Below, one piece after another: positions 6,727 to 14,241 of a DNA stretch of 43,941 bases; positions within the stretch are counted from its first letter, which is position 1; the number at the start of each line of letters is the position of its first letter. Under the pieces are notes generated by a model. It was not told the DNA's origin. It worked only from the letters and a program-made list of their open reading frames with translations, and ran no database searches. Location: contig JBBSXG010000030.1 in assembly GCA_038045885.1 (NCBI GenBank), forward strand, positions 1-43,941, read 5' to 3'. Made by a program: the position numbers and the translations under genes. Source of the stretch: Nanobdellota archaeon. GTDB taxonomy: Archaea > Nanobdellota > Nanobdellia > SCGC-AAA011-G17 > GW2011-AR20.

Positions 6727-7670
6727 TTTCCAGCATCGTAAATCTCGGTAGCTATTCTCATAACCTTATTATCCTCTCTTAAATGCTTAAAGATTATTTC
6801 TCCATTATTATTAACTATGACTTGTTCACCTTCTATTTCTAATAATAAAGTATTCCCCGCATCCCTTAATTCTCCAAAATTATCTTTTATCTTTTTCATA
6901 TTCAATTTTGTATTTGTTTTTACCATTAAAGTTGCTTTAGTTTTGCATAATTCAAGTTTAAATTTTTTATTTAATATTCCGCCATTACAAACTTCACATT
7001 CAGGATTTTTGTTTACCTTTATTCTCTCAAAAGAATTATTTTCTAGATTAACCCGGATTAAACTGTCTTCATAATTTTTATTCAATAATATCTTTAAACT
7101 TTCATTAACTTGTAAACTTGAGATTAAAGTTGTTATTGTATTTAAAACTCCTAAATCTTCACATCTGTCCATTGAATTAATATTCTCGTAAATGCAATTA
7201 AAGCATGCTTTTCCAGGAATTACATTAAAAAGATTTCCTTGATTTTCAATAGCAGCAGCGTGTATCCATGGAATCTTATGTTTAGAGCAGTAATCATTTA
7301 TCAAAAATCTTGTTTCTAGATTATCTGTGCAGTCTAAAACTAAGTCTGCATTAATTAAATTAATATTTTCATTCTTTAATTCAACATCATAAGCTAAAAT
7401 TTTTATTTGAGAATTAACCTTTTCAAGGTAATCTTTTGCAGCCAATGCCTTATTATTATTAATATCTTTCTCAGAGAAAATATTTTGCCTTTGTAGATTA
7501 GTCAAGTCAACTTTGTCATTATCGATTAACACTAAATTAACCCCTGCCCTTGCTAACAAGTTGCTTGAGTTAGTTCCTAAAGCTCCTAATCCAACTATAG
7601 CAACAATTTTTTGATTAAGTAATTCTTGACCCTTGCTTCCGATTAATGTTTCCTGCCTTGAATATCTCAT
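6723..7670 (-). CDS. E1-like adenylyltransferase of the ThiF/MoeB/UbaA/TtuC family with a C-terminal extension
   Basis: RYSRQ, IVGLGALGT, VLIDNDKVDLTNLQRQ, CFNC and CEVC pairs, and DRCEDLGVLN. Confidence 0.85.
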   Translation of the reverse strand: MRYSRQETLIGSKGQELLNQKIVAIVGLGALGTNSSNLLARAGVNLVLIDNDKVDLTNLQRQNIFSEKDINNNKALAAKDYLEKVNSQIKILAYDVELKNENINLINADLVLDCTDNLETRFLINDYCSKHKIPWIHAAAIENQGNLFNVIPGKACFNCIYENINSMDRCEDLGVLNTITTLISSLQVNESLKILLNKNYEDSLIRVNLENNSFERIKVNKNPECEVCNGGILNKKFKLELCKTKATLMVKTNTKLNMKKIKDNFGELRDAGNTLLLEIEGEQVIVNNNGEIIFKHLREDNKVMRIATEIYDAGK

Positions 7671-7692
7671 AAAAATTAATTGTAAAACAAGG

Positions 7693-7700
7693 TTTTTAAA
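7693..7700. promoter_or_regulatory. Shared quasi-palindromic BRE/TATA element (AAGG-TTTTTAAA-CCTT) for divergent leaderless genes
   Basis: Its centre is 28.5 nt from the ATG at 7725 (+) and 26.5 nt from the ATG at 7670 (-). It is the only TATA-like element in the 54-bp spacer. Confidence 0.4.
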
Positions 7701-7724
7701 CCTTTATTAATTGAAGTTCTTATT

Positions 7725-9602
7725 ATGCTACAGAGTTTATTAGATAAAGTAAAAAACTATAATGAAAATGCTAATTTTAGTTTAATTATAAGAGCGTATA
7801 ACTTTGCCGAAAAAGCACATTTTAATCAATTACGAGAGTCGGGAGAAGAACACCTGCAACATCTTCTCAATGCAAGCATGATTATAGCTGGGTTAAAGTT
7901 AGATGAAATTAGCATAGCCGCCACTTTATTACACGATGTTTTAGAAGATACAGATACAAACAAGGAAAAATTGGTAAGCGAATTTGGCGAAGAAGTTGCT
8001 AATCTAGTTGATGGTGTAACAAAAATAAGCAAGATAACAATTCCAGATTACAAGTCAAGACAGGTTGAAAATCTAAGAAAGATGTTGATAGCGAGTACTA
8101 AGGATATTCGAGTTATATTAATCAAACTAGCAGACAGATTGGATAATATGTCCTCATTAAAATATCTTAGAGAAGACAAGCAAAAAAGGATAGCACAAGA
8201 AACTATAGAAGTCTATGCTCCAATAGCCTATAGATTAGGATTAGCAAACATAAAATGGCAGTTAGAAGATCTAGCTTTTCGTTATCTAGAGCCAAAAATA
8301 TATCAGGAATTAAAAGAAAAAGTTAGTAAAAAGAGAGAAGAGAGAGAGTTACTGATTAATAAAGTAAAATCCTTGATAGAAAAAGAATTTAGAAAAAGAA
8401 ATTTGGATTTTGAAATATTTGGAAGAGTAAAACATTTCTATAGCATATATAAAAAAATAGTTTACAGGAATTATGAACTAGATAAGATGTATGATTTGAT
8501 TGCTTTAAGAATAATTACCAATGACATAAAAGAATGTTATGAAGTTCTTGGAATCATACACAATATGTTCAAGCCTGTAATGGATAGATTTAGGGATTAT
8601 ATTGCAAATCCAAAATCAAATATGTATCAAAGTTTACACACAATAGTTTTAGTAGATGATTATCCAATCGAGATTCAAATTAGAAGTAAGGAGATGCATA
8701 GAATATCTGAAGAAGGTATTGCGGCACACTGGCAGTATAAAAAATTAAAAAGCAATGAAGATTTCCAGAAAAAACTTGGGTTGGTCCAACAAATATTGAG
8801 CATTAAAGATTTATCAAGCCAGGATTTTCTAGAAGCATTAAAGGTTGATTTATTTGGAGATAATATATTTGTATTTACTCCAAAAAGCGATATAATCGAA
8901 GTTCCAAAAGATGCAACTGTCTTAGATTTTGCCTATGCTGTACATACTGCGTTGGGGAATAGCTGTGTTGGTGCAAGAGTAAATGGAAAATTTGTCAATA
9001 TTAAATACAACTTAAATAACGGTGACGTTGTTGATGTATTAACTGCAAAAAATCAAAAGCCTAGCAGAGACTGGTTAAAAATAGTAAAGTCTCAAAGGTC
9101 TAGGACAAAGATAATGCAAACTTTAAGATTACATGAAATAATCCCAGTTTCAAAATTAAAAAAATTTGAAGCTGTTAAAGATAATATTGTTGTAAGTGAT
9201 TTAAAAACAAATTTCATAAAATTAGCTAAATGTTGCGAGCCATTGCCAAACGATGAAATAGTTGGGCTGAGCACAAGAAATAACAAGATTACGGTTCATA
9301 AAAAAGACTGTGAACAAGCTAAAGACAATAAGATAAAGAAGATAAAAGTTGAATGGAATAATGAACGAGGATTAGTAGTTAATGTCAAAGTTTTAGCTCA
9401 TGACAGAATAGGATTGTTTGCAGACATCCTAAGCAATGTAGCCTCTTTGCATATTAATATAGAAAAAGCTGATTCTCATATAATTAATAAGGATTTAGCG
9501 GAATGTAATATTAAAATTAAGATGAATTCATTGCAAGATATTATTGATGTAATTGATAGAGTTAAAAAATTATCAGACGTAAGAAAAGTTAGCTTGAATT
9601 GA
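7725..9602 (+). CDS. rel: Long RelA/SpoT homologue (bifunctional-type (p)ppGpp synthetase/hydrolase: HD, synthetase, TGS and ACT domains)
   Basis: HD domain: H..QLRESGE, LLHDVLEDT, KLADRLDNM. Synthetase: GRVKHFYSIYKK, DLIALRIIT, DYIANPKSNMYQSLHT, EIQIRSKEMH..SEEGIAAHWQYK. TGS: IFVFTPKSDIIEVPKDATVLDFAYAVH. ACT-like C-terminus. Confidence 0.9.
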   Translation: MLQSLLDKVKNYNENANFSLIIRAYNFAEKAHFNQLRESGEEHLQHLLNASMIIAGLKLDEISIAATLLHDVLEDTDTNKEKLVSEFGEEVANLVDGVTKISKITIPDYKSRQVENLRKMLIASTKDIRVILIKLADRLDNMSSLKYLREDKQKRIAQETIEVYAPIAYRLGLANIKWQLEDLAFRYLEPKIYQELKEKVSKKREERELLINKVKSLIEKEFRKRNLDFEIFGRVKHFYSIYKKIVYRNYELDKMYDLIALRIITNDIKECYEVLGIIHNMFKPVMDRFRDYIANPKSNMYQSLHTIVLVDDYPIEIQIRSKEMHRISEEGIAAHWQYKKLKSNEDFQKKLGLVQQILSIKDLSSQDFLEALKVDLFGDNIFVFTPKSDIIEVPKDATVLDFAYAVHTALGNSCVGARVNGKFVNIKYNLNNGDVVDVLTAKNQKPSRDWLKIVKSQRSRTKIMQTLRLHEIIPVSKLKKFEAVKDNIVVSDLKTNFIKLAKCCEPLPNDEIVGLSTRNNKITVHKKDCEQAKDNKIKKIKVEWNNERGLVVNVKVLAHDRIGLFADILSNVASLHINIEKADSHIINKDLAECNIKIKMNSLQDIIDVIDRVKKLSDVRKVSLN

Positions 9603-10112
9603 TTTTCTTAAGATTTTCTTAAGGATTTTTTTAACAGAGTCATTAACAGTTGTATGTTCTGTGTTTATTACTATATTGTATAATTTCTTGTTTTGATAAT
9701 TTATCCCGTAATGTTTTGTATAATGATTTAATTCCTGTCTTTCTCTTGATAAAGTTTCTTTTAAAGCTCTCTTGTAAGATTCATTATCTCTATTAGATAT
9801 TCTTTTTACGCGAACTTTTAATGGTGCATGCAAATAAATCCTGTATTTAGCTTTTTTTCTAAATAAATAAGCACCCATTCTAGAATCAATTATTACATTT
9901 TTATATTTTTTTGCAATTTTTAGCTGATATTTATCAATGTAATCTATTAAATCGCCATGCTTAGTTAATTCTAATATAGAAATCTTTTCTTTTTTTGCTA
10001 TTTTTCTGAAATAATTTCCTAACGGAAGATATTTGATATGGAGATGCTTTGAAAGTCCTTTTGCAACAGAAGTTTTTCCAGATCCTGGCAATCCAGTTAA
10101 TGTGATTATCAT
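9573..10112 (-). CDS. cmk: Archaeal-type cytidylate (CMP) kinase
   Basis: P-loop ITLTGLPGSGKTS. The overall layout matches archaeal Cmk (IYLHAPLKVRVKRISNRD ... YNIVINTE). Confidence 0.75.
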   Translation of the reverse strand: MIITLTGLPGSGKTSVAKGLSKHLHIKYLPLGNYFRKIAKKEKISILELTKHGDLIDYIDKYQLKIAKKYKNVIIDSRMGAYLFRKKAKYRIYLHAPLKVRVKRISNRDNESYKRALKETLSRERQELNHYTKHYGINYQNKKLYNIVINTEHTTVNDSVKKILKKILRKSIQANFSYV

Positions 10113-10144
10113 TAAAATTAAGAATTAAAATTAGTATAAAAATG

Positions 10145-11134
10145 TTATGCCGCAACTTTAAACTTAATTCCACCATGACATTCATAATTTAAAAGCTTAA
10201 AATCTTCGAATACTAAATCATCAATAGATTTTTTATTTATTTCCAATGTTGAGGGATTTTTAGGCTCTCTAGAAGATTGCAATAACAAACCAGGAACATG
10301 ATCAAAACCTTTTTCTTCTTCACTTTCTTCAGGGGCATTATCTTCAATCCATTTTTTAACCTCAAGATAATCTTCTTTATTTTTCACGTTTCTAATTTTT
10401 TCTTTGAGTTCATTTAAATTTTTTTGGTAAAACTCCCCGCGTTCTCCCCTGCCACAATAAATATGTGAGTCTATAATTGTGTGCCCAAATTCTCCAAGTC
10501 TAAAATTAGTTTCTTGTGCAATAGTTTGGCATAAGATGGTATACGCAGCAATATTAAATGGAATTCCTAAAGCAACGTCTCCAGATCTTTGAGTCATGTG
10601 AACATTTAATTTATCCCCCTGAACATTAAAAACAAATGAATAATGACAAGGAGGAAGTTTGCTACTAGCTGCATTCCCAGGTTCCCATGCTTGAACAACC
10701 ATTCTACGGGAGTTTGGATCAGTTTTTAGTAGTTTAATTACATGAGCAATCTGATCAATTTCAGTTACTTCATATTTTCCCGTATCCTTATTTATCTGAG
10801 CACTGGGAAATTTTCTCCAATATCTGCCGTAAGCTGTATCTAGGTTGCCCTGTTCATCAGCCCAAGAATCCCAAATTTTTGTTTTTTCTCTTAAGTTTCT
10901 TATATGATCTTCCCCAGATAAATACCATAGAAATTCATGAATCAATGAATTCCACCTGTATCCATCTATTTTTTTAGTAGTCAATAAAGTGAATCCTAAT
11001 GACAAGTCTAATCTGTAATCTGTTATAAAGGTTGAAATTGTATCTATTCCAGTTCTATTTTTTTTATAATTACCATTTTCCAAAGAATTCTTTATAATGT
11101 AGGAATATGCTAAATCTGCATTTTTAAATTTCAT
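10145..11134 (-). CDS. thyA: Thymidylate synthase ThyA with a ~48-aa charged insertion near the C-terminus
   Basis: RTGIDT, LLTTKK, IHEFLWYLSG, IWDSWA, DQI, PNSRRM, LPPCH, QRSGDVALGIPFNIAAY, DSHIY and SREP. Confidence 0.9.
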   Translation of the reverse strand: MKFKNADLAYSYIIKNSLENGNYKKNRTGIDTISTFITDYRLDLSLGFTLLTTKKIDGYRWNSLIHEFLWYLSGEDHIRNLREKTKIWDSWADEQGNLDTAYGRYWRKFPSAQINKDTGKYEVTEIDQIAHVIKLLKTDPNSRRMVVQAWEPGNAASSKLPPCHYSFVFNVQGDKLNVHMTQRSGDVALGIPFNIAAYTILCQTIAQETNFRLGEFGHTIIDSHIYCGRGERGEFYQKNLNELKEKIRNVKNKEDYLEVKKWIEDNAPEESEEEKGFDHVPGLLLQSSREPKNPSTLEINKKSIDDLVFEDFKLLNYECHGGIKFKVAA

Positions 11135-11757
11135 TTTAATATTTTAGTTAATTGTTCTTTAAATTCTGCTTTTCCCCCATAAGCAGGATGTCTTACCTTT
11201 AATGATTTATATCCTAAATTATTTAAGGTAAATTTTGCTATATTTCCAACAGCGATTACAGTTTTAATGTCAAAAAGATTTATTAAGCTTTTCAAAAAAA
11301 TTTCTCCCTGCAATAACTCCTCTTTTCTTGGAAGTCGATTAGAATTTTCATTGTTTTCTTTAAATGGATGAAAAGGAAAAGCATTCCATAATAAAGGAAT
11401 TTTATTTATTTCAGATAAAGTTTCCCATACCATTGTAGCTGATTTTTCTTTTTGAATTATTTCTTGTTCATCAGTTTTTTTATAGCCTTTATCTTCTCCA
11501 AAAATATTTAATTTATCTATCCCATTTAAGATTATTAATTCACTTGTAAAAGGAATTCCTGATAATCTGCATCCTTGATAACCTGCTGCTTCTCCAACTA
11601 ATAAATATCTAGGATTTATTTTTTTAATTTCTTCTAAATATAATTTTAGATTATTTTGTCTTATTTTATTTTCATATTGATTATGAACGTTTTCATTAAC
11701 TTTGAAATTAGAAAGTTTCTTGATAAATTCATCAATCTTGTTCATTTTTTGTATCAA
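11131..11757 (-). CDS. Uracil-DNA glycosylase superfamily protein
   Basis: LLVGEAAGYQGCRLSGIPFTSE (motif A-like) and VRHPAYGG (motif B-like). A 4-nt overlap links it to thyA. Confidence 0.55.
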   Translation of the reverse strand: MIQKMNKIDEFIKKLSNFKVNENVHNQYENKIRQNNLKLYLEEIKKINPRYLLVGEAAGYQGCRLSGIPFTSELIILNGIDKLNIFGEDKGYKKTDEQEIIQKEKSATMVWETLSEINKIPLLWNAFPFHPFKENNENSNRLPRKEELLQGEIFLKSLINLFDIKTVIAVGNIAKFTLNNLGYKSLKVRHPAYGGKAEFKEQLTKILK

Positions 11758-11845
11758 AATTCAAAAATATTTAAACCTATGTGTATTCTTAATCACCCTG
11801 ATATAATAGTAAATCTTATAAAGCATAAAATTTACTGAAATTAAA

Positions 11846-12193
11846 ATGGTGATAGAAAAATTGGTGATGGAGTCAGTTTACATGAATAAATTAGCCAAGG
11901 TCAAAGCTGTATCTCAAGTTGATAAGATAACTAGAGAGAAGTTAGCTAAATATTTTGCCATAACAAGAGAGGCTATAGAAAAAGCCATTAAGGCAAGATC
12001 AAAATTCAATGTAGAAATTAGAGAAGATTTTCTTGATATGATTCAAAGATATTATTCAGATGCTGTTTATTTTGAAGGAAAAAGCGATATGGTCAATGCA
12101 TTCGCAGCTTTGAACTATGCTCACGGATGGTTAGATGCTGGAGCAAGAATAGGAGTTTTTGTTGTTAAAGACTCAAGATTATTTGCTGCTTAA
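11846..12193 (+). CDS. DUF357-like archaeal protein
   Basis: RYYSDAVYF......AFAALNYAHGWLDAGARIGV resembles the DUF357 core. The start codon is uncertain (several in-frame Met). Confidence 0.45.
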   Translation: MVIEKLVMESVYMNKLAKVKAVSQVDKITREKLAKYFAITREAIEKAIKARSKFNVEIREDFLDMIQRYYSDAVYFEGKSDMVNAFAALNYAHGWLDAGARIGVFVVKDSRLFAA

Positions 12194-12768
12194 TCTCCAT
12201 CATAACTATTTTTAGTTCTCCTCTCATTTGGATTATAAATTTCTAGATTAACATTCTCATAAGAGCTCTTATAATTAGGAATATCCCCCCTGCCGATTCC
12301 AAGTACTTCTATCCTCATCATTCCTAAAGCAAATTCTCTTAAAAATTCTGTATAAGTTATATTATTAATTTCTGAATGCCTGGATAACTGTCCTGCTAAA
12401 ACATTTCTTATAGACTCCCTTAAATTAACTTCTATTAATTCCAAATTTAATTTCTCTCTTTTAGAAGAATAATATTTCCCATCCAAGTAAAACCAGTCAA
12501 TAAAAATTCTACTACCCTCTAAATCTCTGGCATAAGTATCTATCTTATCAATATAAAACCATTCAAACGCCGGTTTAAAATCAAAATTCATTACCTCTTT
12601 TAGATCATTAAACACCTCATCGCAGATTTGTTTATCATTGTGTTTTGAGAATTTGTAATAACTAGCAAACTCTTTAAACAATTCATCAAAACATAATCCT
12701 CTATTTTCATTTTTAGTAAATATATAATCTAGGACATTAACACGCGAATTTCTAGAAGAATCATTCAA
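12190..12768 (-). CDS. Hypothetical protein (192 aa), co-oriented 11 nt downstream of trm56
   Basis: Long ORF with no recognisable motif. Confidence 0.45.
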   Translation of the reverse strand: MNDSSRNSRVNVLDYIFTKNENRGLCFDELFKEFASYYKFSKHNDKQICDEVFNDLKEVMNFDFKPAFEWFYIDKIDTYARDLEGSRIFIDWFYLDGKYYSSKREKLNLELIEVNLRESIRNVLAGQLSRHSEINNITYTEFLREFALGMMRIEVLGIGRGDIPNYKSSYENVNLEIYNPNERRTKNSYDGD

Positions 12769-12779
12769 TCCTCTTTTCT

Positions 12780-13298
12780 TTAATTCTTTAATACCTTTTT
12801 TCCTCGTTTTAATCCAATAATTTTTAATCTAGAATTCTTAAAGTCATTATCAAGTTCTTTTCCATTATTCAATAAATGCAAAAATATTGCCAATGCTGAA
12901 ACTTCTGAAATAGGTTGTGAAGTTATGCTGACATTATAGTCTGATAATTTATAGTAAATAGGCTCAACTTTTTCTCCCCCAACTATAATTATCAAGTTCT
13001 TACTTTTTTTTATTTTATTTATTTCATTTTTAACGCTTAATCCGTAAACGGTTAAGTGTATTATTGTAAATTTATCTTTATTCTGCTGAAGAAATTTTAT
13101 CGGGTTTTCTAGATATTCTATAGAAAACTTGCTTCCAAATTTCTCATTTATCTTATTTACACTTAATTCTAAACTAGAATCTTTTTGTCCAGAATAATAA
13201 AGTTTATCTGCTAAAAATGCCCTAGAAGTCAAGGCAACATGTGTACTTAACCTAGGATCACGAGCAATCCTGTGATTTAACCTTAAGACAATTATCAT
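12780..13298 (-). CDS. trm56: tRNA (cytidine56-2'-O)-methyltransferase aTrm56 (SPOUT)
   Basis: MIIVLRLNHRIARDPRLSTHVALTSRAF ... HLTVYG ... IIVGGEKV ... DYNVSITSQPISEVSALAIFL is collinear with Pyrococcus aTrm56 as I remember it. Confidence 0.88.
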   Translation of the reverse strand: MIIVLRLNHRIARDPRLSTHVALTSRAFLADKLYYSGQKDSSLELSVNKINEKFGSKFSIEYLENPIKFLQQNKDKFTIIHLTVYGLSVKNEINKIKKSKNLIIIVGGEKVEPIYYKLSDYNVSITSQPISEVSALAIFLHLLNNGKELDNDFKNSRLKIIGLKRGKKVLKN

Positions 13299-13329
13299 AA
13301 AATTTACTTATTATGACATTATAAAAAGG

Positions 13330-13337
13330 TTTTTAAA
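13330..13337 (+). promoter_or_regulatory. TATA box (AAAGG-TTTTTAAA) for secF-secD
   Basis: Its centre is 26.5 nt upstream of the ATG at 13360. The same AAGGTTTTTAAA motif occurs at 7690 and 22216. Confidence 0.4.
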
Positions 13338-13359
13338 TCATAGTTATTCAAAATTAACA

Positions 13360-14241
13360 ATGGGGAAATTTGAGGATTTTTATGAAAAGAATTACAAGAA
13401 ACTAATAATATTCTCATATTTAATATTGTTAATAAGTATTGTATTATTAGGAGTTAATTATAGCAAGACTGGAGAATTCTTTAATAGAGATATTTCATTG
13501 AAAGGAGGAATTTCAGTGACAATATACAATGAGAACATAAACATAGAAGATGTCAAAGCATTATTAAAAGAAAATTTTAAAGACTATAATGTACTTGAGT
13601 TGACTGATTTTAATACAAATAAGAAAATAGGGTTAATAATCGAAGTAGCCGATATTAATGAATTGCAATTAAGAGAAGTTCTAAAGACAAAATATGATAT
13701 TAACTTTGATGACAAAAACGAGTATGATCCTGGATTAACAAATTCAAGCTTTGGAGAAAGTTTCTATAGGGGGTTATTGATAGCATTGCTATTTTCATTT
13801 ATTTTAATGTCTATATTCATATTTTTCTCATTCAAGACATTTGCTCCCAGCTTAGCAATAATCTCTGCTACTTTTATAGATATATTAGCAACTTTAGCTA
13901 TATTAAATATCTTTGGAGTAAAAATATCGGCAGCAGGGATAGCAGCATTTCTTTTAATCATAGGATATTCCATTGATAATAATATTTTACTTACAACTGC
14001 TCTATTAAAGAGGCGTGAAGGAGCATTATTAGAAAGACTAAAGTCAAGCATGAAGACAGGAATGACAATAACGATAGCGGGAATCGCCGTTTCATTAATA
14101 GGATACTTTCTATCCGTGCCAGAAGAATTAAAACAAATATTCTTGATAATTACAATAGCCTCATTATTAGATATTATAACAACATACGCAGGAAATGCTG
14201 GAATATTAATTAGATACTGTAAAAAGAAGAATATAACATGA
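13360..14241 (+). CDS. secF: Protein-export membrane protein SecF
   Basis: N-terminal TM segment, a periplasmic-type domain, then a 5-TM RND-like block (FGVKISAAGIAAFLLIIGYSIDNNIL). Confidence 0.8.
   Translation: MGKFEDFYEKNYKKLIIFSYLILLISIVLLGVNYSKTGEFFNRDISLKGGISVTIYNENINIEDVKALLKENFKDYNVLELTDFNTNKKIGLIIEVADINELQLREVLKTKYDINFDDKNEYDPGLTNSSFGESFYRGLLIALLFSFILMSIFIFFSFKTFAPSLAIISATFIDILATLAILNIFGVKISAAGIAAFLLIIGYSIDNNILLTTALLKRREGALLERLKSSMKTGMTITIAGIAVSLIGYFLSVPEELKQIFLIITIASLLDIITTYAGNAGILIRYCKKKNIT

Noticed and set aside
9961-10185. 74-aa minus-strand ORF bridging cmk and thyA
   Set aside because: It is out of frame within the cmk 5' region and the intergenic spacer. The cmk frame has a clear P-loop and family similarity.
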